A DNA stretch of 61,171 nucleotides from Octopus bimaculoides (lineage: Eukaryota), in contig NC_068985.1 in the NCBI RefSeq assembly GCF_001194135.2, positions 51,772,651-51,833,821 of the forward strand, read 5' to 3'. This document shows positions 26,416 to 38,842 of the stretch, piece by piece. The notes beneath the pieces were generated by a model. That model was not told where the DNA came from. It worked only from the letters and a program-made list of their open reading frames with translations, and did not search any database. The position numbers were made by a program, and so were the translations under genes. Every line of letters begins with the position of its first letter. Within the stretch, counting starts at the first letter, position 1.

Positions 26416-27307
26416 TCATGTGTGATAAATCTGTAAAACGCAACTAGAAAGTGTGCTGATGTATCGCTCCCACACAACAAGTAAGTTTGGATCAGTGCGG
26501 ATAAAGAGCTGCATCTCTTTGCAGCTCTCTCGGTAAGCTGTCAAGAAATATTGCATGTCTGCTTGTGTCCATCGAGACTGAAAACATGGTTCTATCATTT
26601 TCTCAACCAAGTCAACAAAAATGTCACGTGCGTCTTTGCTATGGTTCAAACCATAAGCAATGTTGATGATTGTTTTTGAAACATTCTTGAAATTCGCTTC
26701 CAGATCTTGAAAAGCTCTGTCGGACATTATCTTCAGCACTTTATCTAAGACAATACTTTTATGTTCATCGAGGTGTTCCTTTTCTGTAAGAATTTTTAGA
26801 TCTCGTAACTTCTGCAAAAAATCCCTGTCCAGATCGACATCCATGTCTTCATGGCCTGTGCATTCCACAGAACTATAAGACCATTTAGCAATCATTTGGT
26901 TTGCACAATGAACATAATCTTCAAATGTGAGAAATGCGAGTTTTTTCTTACCAGTTTCAAACCTATTGTTTGTGATGAAGACTATTGCAGCGTACTGTCG
27001 AGCAAGTTCTTTAGGTAGTAGGTAATAGGTACAGATGTTATCAACGAGGGTACCCATCATTTCTTCCACAGTCTTAAAAACACGCTTAATGTTATCAAAC
27101 TGACGCCGACAACTTCGTAATAAAACTTTGGTCTTCTCACTTACATCATCCAAATCTTTGCGATTGCGAGCTGAGAGCTTCTTGCCAAGAATTTCCCTTA
27201 CAACACGAGGATCGAACTGATAGTATTTTTCAATCAGCATACTCTGAGTATCAGGATCAATAAGATAGGTTTGTTGATCAGCGAGTTTGGGAGGGTTTTT
27301 CAGTAAT
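26416..27307 (-). CDS. FIBP: FIBP coding exon 2 (892 nt, to TGA stop)
   Basis: Acceptor tttcatttaatttAG|A at 27308. The join restores R-LLKNPPKL... and stays in frame through FIBP motifs VREILGKKLS, SCRRQFDN, NRFETGKKKL and DLVEKMIEPC. Total 1104 nt = 367 aa + stop. Confidence 0.95.
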
Positions 27308-28023
27308 CTAAATTAAATGAAAAACAAAATCATGATTAATACACAATAAATAAGAAGAGAAAAATTATTGTTTTCCCCCCCAATTTTTACATGATCAGCA
27401 TTTACTTTTTGTTTTAAAACAAAGAATAGTAATCTCTTGCTCCTAGCTATTGGATGGCCATTGACTAAGTTCATCTGCCCTTTGAGAAGTTTTTATTCTT
27501 TGTCCTGAAGGGTATCTAATGAAAACCACTCTCTTAACAACAACTGTAACTTTGTTTGCATACAAAAATATAGATAAGTTCTTTTCTTTTTTGGTAAATG
27601 CATCGACTGCTTAAAGAGTAGAGTTAGCCCTGTGCTAGTCCTTTCCTCACTTAAAGCATCAGGTACAGGTATTGATTGATTATTTAACATCCCTGTCATG
27701 TGTTGCACAGTATGGCTGGCTATAGCCAAGAAGCAATAAAGCATTCAAAGAAAGATTCAATAACAGGTTGAAGGCCAATGACAGTGAGGGTGGTAAGCTC
27801 TCTGAATACCTGCTGCAAGAGGCCCCCATCATTGCCACATTTCTATGAAAGATTCCTAGCAGGACTGAAAAACCATATACGTGCTGTTCATGTTTAAGAC
27901 AACAATTGAGCAATGACATTGCTCAAAACTGAGTTACAGCCATTATGCATGTATGTATTTGCATGTGTGTGTGCATGTATGAATCTCTATATTAACCATT
28001 TGGTGTGTGTGTGTATGTATGTT

Positions 28024-28062
<39 letters not shown>

Positions 28063-28065
<3 letters not shown>

Positions 28066-28152
28066 GAAGAGATTTTTATCCACTTCATGTCTTTCCTGAC
28101 TCCTGGCATTATCTATCGTGTGGATATGACAGTTGACAAACCAACTCCTGAG
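28063..28152 (+). CDS. PREP: Isolated exon-like segment homologous to prolyl oligopeptidase (beta-propeller end); real exon or orphan fragment
   Basis: Translates SEEIFIHFMSFLTPGIIYRVDMTVDKPTPE, versus human PREP [29 protein letters not shown] (recalled; about 15/29 identical). It ends at a consensus donor GAG|GTAAGT (28153). The 5' side abuts a (TA)n run with an in-frame TAA and only a weak AAG acceptor. Confidence 0.6.
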
Positions 28153-29092
28153 GTAAGTAATTCACATGGTGGAGATAAACTGTGAAACTTTTCGCTTCTC
28201 TGAGGTTTTGTCATTGGATATTTCTGTTCAGTGACTAAATAAGTATTTTTGACTTAAAGAAGGAAAAGGCAGCGCTTTTGCTTAGGAATGTTTAGGCACA
28301 GCCCATTTGGCCTTATTGATTTAGTAAAGAAATCCATTTGGTATTGAATGTTTTGATGCCAAGAAAATCTTGGAGCCCACTCTGTAAAGCAGTTGGCATT
28401 TGGAAGAGCATTCAGCTGTAAAAGCCATGCCAAACTGTTCTCACCTGTGCTTGTCCCACGTAAAAAGCACTCGGTCCACTCTACAGAGTGGTTGGTGTTA
28501 GGAAAGGCATCCAGCCGTAAAAACCCTGCTAGAACAGACGCAGAAGCCTGGTGCAGGCTTCTGTCAAACCGTCCAACCCATGCCAGCATGAAAGGAGGAC
28601 GTTAAACGATGATGATGATGATATATCCTCACACACACATAAGAATGTAAAAAGAGAGAATAGATAGCTTCTGACAATGCAGAAAGTTTAATAAAACCTT
28701 TATATTTAATAGAGGCCCATCTGTCTATTTTCTTTCTAACTCTCTTTTATATACACACACACACACACACACCTTGAGCAAGTGTCTTCTGCTATATAGC
28801 CTTAGGCTGACCAAAACCTTATGAATGGATTTAGCAGACAGAAACTAAAAAAAGTTATACACACAGAGGAAGTGACAAAAGTATTGTCCTTTTGTATTTG
28901 AATCATGTTGTTTTGATGAAACAATACTTAATAAATTTCCTAAAACTTCTGCAATTTTATCATTAGTTTATCATTCATTTCTTTAAGTAATGCAATAAAT
29001 TAGTGTTCAATAAAAAATTACTTAATAAACATTTATATACTATAAAAGTTATTAAATGCAAAAAGGGCGTTACTTCTGCTGCACCCTGTATA

Positions 29093-29581
29093 TCATCATC
29101 ATCGTTTAACGTCCGCTTTCCATGCTAGCATGGGTTGGACGATTTGACTGAGTACTAGTGGAACCCGAAGGCTATACCAGGCTCCAATCTGATTTGGCAG
29201 AGTTTCTACAGCTGGATGCCCTTCCTAACGCAACCACTCCGAGAGTGTAGTAGGTGCTTTTACGTGTCACCCGCACGAAGGCCAGTCAGGCGGTACTGGC
29301 AACGGCCATGCTCAAAATTGTGTATTTTATGTGCCACCCGCACAAGAGCCAGTCCAGGGGCACTGGCAACGATCTCGCTCGAAAGTCCTTACACATGCTG
29401 CGGGCACAAGTGCCAGAAAGGCGATGCTGGGCACAGGTGCCATCCCAATTTCGCTTGCTCCAACAGGTCTTCGCAAGCTGAATTTTGTGCCCAATGAAAG
29501 AGACGACGTTGGCATGGGTGCCAGTCGTCAAATTTAGTTAGATTTCGATTTCACTTGCCTCAACAGGTCTTCGCAAGCGGA

Positions 29582-29583
<2 letters not shown>
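29093..29583 (-). mobile_element. Young (GAT)n-tailed RTE 3'-UTR copy
   Basis: Near-identical 3' ~200 bp to copies at 21150, 33975, 52100, 56241 and 58480; internal duplicated blocks. Confidence 0.7.
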
Positions 29584-29614
<31 letters not shown>

Positions 29615-30387
29615 GTGTGAGTGTGTGTGTGCATGTATATGTCATTCATCTCCAATATTCTACCAAAATATATTTGGCCATGGAAAAATATGATCTTGCT
29701 TGGAAACAAGGAAGGGCTGGTGACAGAAAGGGCAACATGCTGCAGAAATATACTTCAATAAATTCTGTCTGACCCATGCAACTAAGGAAAAGTGGACATT
29801 AAAATGATGATAATGACAAGATGGCACTTTGGTGACTTTAGTGAAGAATTCAGATCTGGTCTGAGAATAATGCCTGAGGTATTTCTTTTCTTCTCTCTAA
29901 GGAGACCCCAAAAAAGATTTTGTGAGTTATGGACACTTCCCCTACTTCTCTGACAAAACTATAAAGGAAAAAGAAAATGTATAAAATAAGGAATTCTTTA
30001 ATTTGTTTTTACGTCTGTTTTTCCATGCTAGCATGGGTTAGATGAATATATTATTATGGTGTTGTTTGTTGTTTTTGCTGCTGGATGCCCTGACTGTTGC
30101 AAACCTTTACCATTACTTGTTTTTCAAGTAAGGGTTCTTTTATTTCAAAGGCCTTTAAAGGTGCAAAGTGAGCAGATAATTTGTTGATAGGGGGAATGAC
30201 AATGTCATTGATTATAGCTCAGTGATTTTCAGAGAAGCTCATACAGAAACATGCACACCCATGCAGAGATACACAGACCCATATAGACACATGCACATAT
30301 AAACATATAACCCCACCTCCACTGCCACCACCAACTATATGAAAAGCTTCTTTCAGTTTCTGTCTATATTTGCGTTATTGTTCTTAC

Positions 30388-31700
30388 AGCTGAATCACTG
30401 CCAGAACTAGAGAACAAGTTTCAGGTATTGAAGCAAAGTCTAGAATTGAAGGGCCTTGGAGTTAACCTAGCAAAAACCCAAGTCTTAGTAAGTAGAAAGG
30501 CAGACAAATCACAAATCCCTTCAGGTAGATAGCCCTGCTTGATCTGTAGAAAAGGTGTAGGTGGAAACTCCGTAAGATGTGGCCGGTGTAAGTTATGGAC
30601 ACATAAGGGGTGGAGCAATGTCAGAGGAAGGTTAACAGGGAAAATAGCTTTTGTGTGTGGAAGGTGCACAAGTACAATAAACACTGAACATGTACAGAAG
30701 ATAGACTCCATCAACTGCCAGTGGGGTAAGCTACAAATAGTAGATAACTTCCGTTATCTAGGTGACCAAAGCAGAGGTGAATGCTCTGAGAGCATAGCTG
30801 TGAGAATAAGAATAAGCTGGGCAAAGTTCAGAGAGCTCCTACATCTGCTGGCTCAGAGTGAAAGGCAGATTGCATGGTGCCTGTGTGCGAACAGCTATGC
30901 TACAAGGCAGTGAAACATAGGCTGTGACAGCTGAGGACATGTGTAGGTTTGAAAGAAATGAAGTCAGTATGTTTTGCTTGGATATGCAATGCTGTTGTGC
31001 ATGTACAAAAGAGTGTAAGCATCTTCAGAGAAATGTTGGGCATAAGAGGCATCAGATGTGGTGCGCAAGAGAGACAACAGCGCTGCTATGGTCAAGGACA
31101 GCTGATCTCTAACTGTGGAGGGAACATGTGGTAGAGGTAGACCCAGGAACATGGGATGAGGTGGTGAAGTTTGATCTTTGAACTTTGGGCTTCAAGGAGG
31201 CAATGAATAGTGACCAAGACCTTTGGCAATATGCTGTACTTGAGAAGATCCATCAAGCCAAGCGAAATCGTAGTTGTAGCTGATGCTGGTGTCACATAAC
31301 TGGCACCTATGCTGGTGGCATGTAAAAAGCAACTTTCGGTCATTGGGCCTCATGGAGGCAAGGTGGCATGTGAAAAGCACCTTTTGAGGGTTAGGCCTCA
31401 CAGAGGCAACGATGAATGACCAAGACCTTTGGTATTATGTTGTGCTTGAGAAGAAGACTCATCAAGCCAAGTAAAGTCGCAGTCATGGCAGATACTGGTG
31501 TCACACAAATGGCACCTGTGCTGGTGGAACGTAAAAACACCCACTACACTCTCAGAGTGGTTGGTGTTAAGAAGGGCATCCAACCATAGAAACCATGCCA
31601 AATCATACTGGAGTCTGGTGCAGCCTTCCAGCTTGCCAGCCCTGGTCAAACCATCCAACCCATGCCAGCATGGATAATGAATGTATGATGATGATGATGA
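30388..31700 (+). mobile_element. 5'-truncated RTE-like LINE: RT C-terminal half with Cys-rich insert, duplicated 3' UTR, (GAT)n tail
   Basis: ESLPELENKFQVLKQSLELKGLGVNLAKT..CLIC..CGRC..H..CGRC..FRYLGD..RIRISWAKFREL with stops and frameshifts. It runs directly into the abundant GAT-tailed repeat. Confidence 0.8.
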
Positions 31701-32127
31701 TCCCTGGTCACTAAATATGTGGAACGTAAAGCATTGTGCATGGATAGTGAATTAAATGCCTTAAGATATTTAATCTCATTCTTTTACAGTTTGTCCCAGT
31801 CAACTTTGTTTTACTATTCAGTGAGGTTATTGATGTTGTTGATTAAGAATTTTAGGGGTCCATGTAACAAAATAATAAATTGGGGATCTACAATAGTATT
31901 TTAAGGGCCTCTGAAAAAATTTTGCTTTAGATGTATGTATTGCAAGAAACAACTAGGTTTCTTTCTCTAACATTTAATTTAGTTCAACCTTCACAAGTTA
32001 ATGTGTGAAAAACAAAAAAATTTCTATAAAACTAGTTTATAAACATCGGATGGCTATGGGGAGGTCCACCAGAATAAAATAGTAATCAAAGGGGTCCATA
32101 GATAAATAAAATGGTTGAGAACACCTC

Positions 32128-32533
32128 TTTACTCTTTTACCTGTTTCAGTCATTTGACTGTGGCCATGCTGGAGCACCACCTTTAGTTGAACAAATCGAC
32201 CCCAGGACTTATTCTTTGTAAGCCTAGTACTTATTCTATCAGTCTCTTTTGTCAAACCGCTAATGTTATGGGGACATAAACACACCAGCATCGGTTGTCA
32301 AGCGATTTTGCAGGGACAAACACAGACACACAAACATAAACACACACACATACATAGACATACATATATACAACAGGCTTCTTTCAGTTTCCGTCTACCA
32401 AATCCACTCACAAGGCTTTGGTCGGCCTGAGGCTATAGTAGAAGACACTTGCCCAAGGTGCCACGCAGTGGGACTGAACCCGGTACCATGTGGTTGGTAA
32501 GCAAGCTACTTACCACACAGCCACTCCTACGCC
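32128..32533 (-). mobile_element. tRNA-SINE family B, full length
   Basis: Head with CORE-like gcaccttgggcaagtgtcttc (minus strand), internal (CA)n, tail ctgaaacaggtaaaagagtaaa. Confidence 0.8.
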
Positions 32534-33974
32534 TGTTCATTTTCAGTCTTTCATGAAAAACATATCAGGTCAAGGGAAAAATATTATCTTGCTTGGAAAC
32601 AGGTGACGATTGGTGACAGAAAGGGCATCTGGCTGGAGAAAACCTGCCTCAATGTATTCTGTCTGACCCATGCAAATATGGAAAAGTGGATGTTAAAACA
32701 ATAATGATGATGACAATGACATGTTTTTTGTTTTAAGACAGTAAGGTGTAATCTGACTAAGATATGTTAGCTATTTCCAGCAGGTAAAGTAACCAGATAC
32801 AGGCTTCCTCTATCTGGTCATGGGCAAACTGCAGCTTGTGTGACTTCCTGAATGGCACACCTAACCCAAAATTACTGTGGGGTTTTTTTTAGTTGAGCAA
32901 CCCATCTGATGATAAGTCATATCGCAAGTAACCTGCTTGAAAAAGTTTGCCCACGTCTACTCTATACTAAAGTCAACAATTGACTACACTTCCCATTCTC
33001 AGCAGATGCTGAACCAGAAGACCTGGAATACATTATATGTATATCATCATCATCATCACTGTTCACCATACTAGCATGGGTTGGATGGTTTGACCAGAGC
33101 TGGCAAGAAAAGCAGGAGAGCTGCACTAGGCTCTGGTCTGATTTGGCTTGGTTTCTATGGCTGAGAGGCCTTCCTAATACCAATCACTTTACAGAGTATG
33201 CTGGGTACTTTTTACATGGCATTGGCATGGGTGCTATTACATGGTGCCATTATGTGACACCAGCACAGGCACTTTTTACATGGCATGAGCACAGGGCTCT
33301 TGCAGTGGGGGGAGCAGCATTAACACTTCTGCTGTGGAGGACGGGTTTTCTTGAGTACACCCAAATATATGAACTTCATGTATCTCTGCAAGGAGTCAGT
33401 TGGGTTCATGATCAAGTTCAGACTGAATGACTGTCATATCTTTTCAGCAGGCAGATGTTGAACCTTCCTCTAGGTGAAAGAGATTTTAAGTCATCACTGT
33501 ACAAGATTTCAACATAGTACAGTTACCATATTTTTCAGCACTAAGTTCAAATTCTGGTGAGGTCGAATTTGCCTTTCATCCTTTTGGGGTTGATAAATTA
33601 AGTACCAATTGTGTACTGGGGTCAATCTAATCGACTGGTTACCTCCCAAAAAAATTTTGGGTCTTGTGTCTAAAGTAGAAAAGAATATTTTGTTTGGCAC
33701 CAAACTTCTGTGACCGTTTCTACAACCTTGATAAAGCACAAAACCCCAGATACATATTTTCTTTGCATTCAATTAACTGGACGCTAATAGACAACTGGTA
33801 CCTATATAGGCAACCCCAATGTATTTAATCATTAAATAGTGAGATGACAATCTTAATAGAGTTGTGGTTCACCATCATCTACTATTCGATTTACCTTTTA
33901 TCTTTTACTTGTTTTAGTCACTGGACTGCAGCCATGCTGGGGCACCATCCTGAAGGGTTTAGTTGAACAAATAG

Positions 33975-34900
33975 ATCATCATCATCATCATCATCGTTTA
34001 ACGTCCGCCTTCCATGCTAGCATGGGTTGGACGATTTGACTGAGGACTGGTGAAACCGGATGGCAACACCAGGCTCCAATCTAATTTGGCAGAGTTTCTA
34101 CAGCTGGATGCCCTTCCTAACGCCAACCACTCAGAGAGTGTAGAGGGTGCTTTTACGTGTCACCCGCACGAAAACGGCCACGCTCGAAATGGTGTCTTTT
34201 ATGTGCCACCCGCACAAGAGCCAGTCCAGGGGCACCGGCAACGATCTCGCTCGAAAGATTTCATGTGTCGCCCGCACATGAGCCAGTCCGGGGGCACTGG
34301 CAAACGATCCCGCTCGAAAGATATCACGTGTCGCCCGCACATGAGCCAGTNNNNNNNNNNNNNNNNNNNNNNNNNNNNNNNNNNNNNNNNNNNNNNNNNN
34401 NNNNNNNNNNNNNNNNNNNNNNNNNNNNNNNNNNNNNNNNNNNNNNNNNNNNNNNNNNNNNNNNNNNNNNNNNNNNNNNNNNNNNNNNNNNNNNNNNNNN
34501 NNNNNNNNNNNNNNNNNNNNNNNNNNNNNNNNNNNNNNNNNNNNNNNNNNNNNNNNNNNNNNNNNNNNNNNNNNNNNNNNNNNNNNNNNNNNNNNNNNNN
34601 NNNNNNNNNNNNNNNNNNNNNNNNNNNNNNNNNNNNNNNNNNNNNNNNNNNNNNNNNNNNNNNNNNNNNNNNNNNNNNNNNNNNNNNNNNNNNNNNNNNN
34701 NNNNNNNNNNNNNNNNNNNNNNNNNNNNNNNNGGGGCACCGGCAACGATCTCGGTCGAAAAACCTCATGTGTCACCCGCAAGCCGGCCCAGGGGCACCGG
34801 CAACGATCTCGCTCGAAAGATTTCATGTGTCGCCCGCACATGAGCCAGTCCGGGGGCACTGGCAAACGATCCCGCTTGAAACATTTCATGTGTCACCCAC
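33975..34900 (-). mobile_element. GAT-tailed RTE 3' end containing a ~62-bp tandem array that spans a 382-N gap
   Basis: Unit ggggcaccggcaacgatctcgctcgaaagatttcatgtgtcgcccgcacatgagccagtcc starts at 34229 and 34291 and resumes at 34733. Confidence 0.75.
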
Positions 34901-37900
34901 TTATTTTTTTTTAAAGCTTGGTACTTGTGTGTGTGTGTGTGTATGTTTGCCCCCCCCCCCAACATCCCTTGATAACCGATGCTGGTGTGTTTACGTTTCT
35001 GTACCTTAGTGGTTTGGCAAAAGAGACCGATAGAAAAAGTACTAGGCTTACAAAGTATTAGTCCTGGGGTCGATTTGCTCAACTAAAGGCGGTGATCCAG
35101 TATGGCCACAGTCAAATGACTGAAACAAGTAAAAGAGTAAACCAACAGAGGTTGTTAAGTACTGCTGGTAGATAAACAGAGACAGAAATACACACACACA
35201 CACAATGAGCTTCTCAGTTTCTGTCTATCAAACCCACTCATTAGGTTTGGTTAGCCCAGGGCTATAATAGAAGTCACTTGCCTAAGATGTCATGCAATGG
35301 GACTGAACCTGGAACTATGTGGTTGGGAAGCAAACTTCTTACCACATAGCCACACCTGCACAACTAATATTTAAACAAATAAAAATTTAAAAAATCCTAA
35401 AATTTAATAAAATTACCATTAAGTTTTTGTTTGTAGAAAATGTCTTGTCTCATTCATTCACACACACACAGCCCCATGGATTTTCGTATGTTAAAATTAT
35501 TTCTGAATATTCCTGAATATTACTGAAATATCCCAAAAGCAAGCCTTTCAGAATTATGCAGTGACCTAATTTTAGTCATGGTTAGAGATCAGGAACTGCA
35601 ATGTGAGAATAAAACAACAATTAGGGCAACATAGAAATTAATGTAACAAAAATTATTAAACAAACTATTATTGCTTCAATGAGGAGGATGTCTCTTGACC
35701 TATAAAAAACAGTAGCTAAATTTACCTCAAAGCATAACCTTTCTTTCTTCCCTTTGAAAAGAATAAGAGATACATTGGGTAAATGTAGTTTTAGATATAC
35801 AAGGTCTAGGAAAAAAAGCCACTCTATTGCAGATTATTTTTTCTTTCTTTTCTTTTTTTTTAAATTTAAAATTTTGGAATTTTCAATTTCTAGATTCAAT
35901 TTTATTTTTATTGCTATTTTTATACATGAATATACACACACCTTTTATAATACCCCTCTGGCGGCCTAAAATAATATATTATAAAATATCCAGGTTTGAA
36001 ACAGAATCAAATATTTATAAACATGTAATCCACAAACCCTACCTCGAAAAAACACAAAGGTTAAAATTTCTCCAAACTAATCAAATTACTTATAGAACAA
36101 TGAACATCTAGAGAGAAATGTATGGACCAAAAATCTTTACATCTTCCTACAGCCTTTTCTGAACATCAAAGCACAAAATAAACAAATTTCTATACTAACA
36201 ACACCATGACATGCCTGACTAATAACCCCCACCTTCCAAATAAAAACAGGAAATACCCTAAATGACAAGTAATGAAACTGACCACCTACTTACATTCTTT
36301 GGTAAACCATTAAAAATTCCATTACAATAGAAGTTAATCCACCCAATTACTAAGTTTTTAAATACTGGACTTTGTATCTTTAAGCCTTCCCCATATTTAA
36401 TCAATAAAATTTTTTCCAAAACACCTCTCCATAACCTACCCTGAAACCTAATTACCACTCCATTCAAACCCACACACCCAATGAAGATTTTAACTTAACA
36501 GAGACTATATAAAGACCAGATTAACTTCAACAATGCTTCGCAGTCTGACGATGGCTTAACTGGTTGAAGCTTCGAAGTCACTGTTAATAATATTCTTGGT
36601 TATCGTTTGAAGTGAAGAACATTGGGGAAACGTTCTGTGATAAATGGTAAAAAAAAAATCTCCAAATAACGAGTCTGTAAAAATTGTAATGAAGGCTATT
36701 TGTTTTAATCTTATAACAATGCAAAATGTCATTGCACACATGTAAACAACATATTCTTAAACACATTTTTCTGTATTTAGGTCATCATTTAAATCTAAAA
36801 AAAAAAAGAAAAACCTTGTGAGAAGTGAAACTTTCACAATATTGCTTTTATTATAGAAAGTGGATGGAGGAGGAGTTTTACTATATCAGATCTAATTATA
36901 AAATGTGAAATAACTATAATATCAATTCTGTTGTTGGATGCACATTGCTTTCAGAATCGTTTACAGACTCAGACAAGATGCCTTGTGGTATTTAGTTACG
37001 GTTCTTGGCATTTTGAGAGCAAAACCCGCCGAGGTCAACCTTACTTTTACTTCCTTTCAGGGCCCATATAAACGACGATACCCCAATCAAAAATATGAGG
37101 CCCTAAGTCCTACATTAGAAATAAATATTTTGCTCGGGTATGTAAGCAATCACTATTCTGCTCGTGTGTTCCGAAATAGAGCCAGTATAGCGGGATGGTC
37201 ACGATGGGAACGCTTTTAATAATAAATACTCATATAAGCCTGTTGGATCAGGGCTGGCCAAAGACTGAACGCTAAATGAGGGTAAAAGGTAACATTTACA
37301 TGTGGTTATATAAAATTATCGGCTACTAATATATACGATATATGTATATGAAAAATAAAATACAATAAAATTTATCGAAAATGTTTTTATATAATTACAT
37401 CACTAAAAAACAACAAGGACATTAATTGCAATAATTACAGTATTATTACTGACACATTAAAACAACGATACAGCACAGATCAGCTGATCACGGCAACAAG
37501 AAACACTGTATGTGGTAGTTTGATGTGCTTGAAATAGCAGCGAGATTCTCGTCAGATCACGGTCTGAAAAAAGAAAGGTTACATTAGATAACGTTGTCCT
37601 ATGTCTGAAAACAAGGTGGGATGGTCATTACTGGAATGCTTTCGACCATAAACTTGGTTAGTCACAGTTAACCTAGTGTCAAGCAACAATAATATCTATC
37701 AGCTGATAGACCCATGTGTCAAAACGACGAAATGATTATGGGTGGAACTACTTTGATCAGGTTTGCTCAATCTGAAATGACCAGGGACTAAATAACGGCA
37801 ATGACCCATGAGCCAATAACAAGGTGTCTCTAAGTGGTCGTTCGACATGCTAAATATAACAGCCGGACGTCTTAAAATTATATTCTACCACTTAAAACAG

Positions 37901-37924
37901 AAAAGCACATTGAATGACGTAGTG

Positions 37925-37959
<35 letters not shown>

Positions 37960-38630
37960 AGACAGGATGGTCACGGTTGGAAGGCATTTGAACAAAATTC
38001 TACTCGACTTGGGGATTAAACACGTATATTTGTGTGAGTATGCAGCACACGCTTGATGTATACATATATAATTTAGCCACAAGTCAGTCCTAGGATCAAA
38101 AGGATTCTGGCTATTGCTATCCCGTCTTTTACCAAGCCAGTAAATATAGAGAGAAAATTGGCTGTTATTTCTAGCATAACGAGCGTCCACATAAAACATC
38201 TTCACGGAAAAGTAGTAATTATTTAACCCCAGGTCAAGCTTGATTTCAGTAGAGCTTATTATGATCAAAGGTAGGCCATGTTATTGTTGTTATAACCCCA
38301 GGTCAAACCTTTTTGAACAAACTTACGATCGAAAGCATTCCAGCCTTGACCACCTCGATCGTCCTTCTTTCGAGCACTGAGTATTTCCAACACCAAAATA
38401 TGTCCTTCCTTTTTTTTTCAAGAAGATAGGGGTCTGTAATTTAAAGGAGGCTTGCCTGCTATTTTTAGCAGGTCGCCAGCTCCACATAGAAGACCATGTG
38501 TATGTAAATAATGCATTGGTGCTATTAATGTTGGTAGTGGTGGTGGGAAAACAGAGAGAAAAGATGAGAACTTTTATATAGAACAAAATATTTTGCCGTA
38601 CATTATTATTATTATTATTAATTTGCTCAC

Positions 38631-38842
38631 CGTTCGAGACTTGCAAAAGTACGGTAATAGTCTCTGGTGTCGCTAAGAAGATCATCAAATGTTGCTTGGT
38701 ACTTTACAAGCACTCCGTTCTGTTGTAGATTGATGGCCGCTTCATGTGCTGTGTTACCGTTTAACCAATATTCATAGACTTCTGGATCAACGATTAGACG
38801 GCTGCCTACCATCACATCAACCTCACTGATAGTATTTGCCAT
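38631..38842 (-). CDS. FIBP: FIBP (acidic FGF intracellular binding protein), coding exon 1
   Basis: MANTISEVDVMVGSRLIVDPEVYEYWLNG...SDTRDYYRTFASLER resembles the FIBP N-terminus (human ...SDTMDHYRTFHMLER, recalled). The exon ends CG|GTGAGC (donor at 38630), phase 2, 212 nt. Confidence 0.95.

Noticed and set aside
34200-34900. Repeat array as a possible CRISPR
   Set aside because: Contiguous units with no unique spacers, no cas genes, and a eukaryotic LINE UTR context.
34050-35009. Long ORFs of 190-320 aa (also at 17728, 42639, 58059 and 59045)
   Set aside because: They are open only because they run through N gaps and tandem repeat units.
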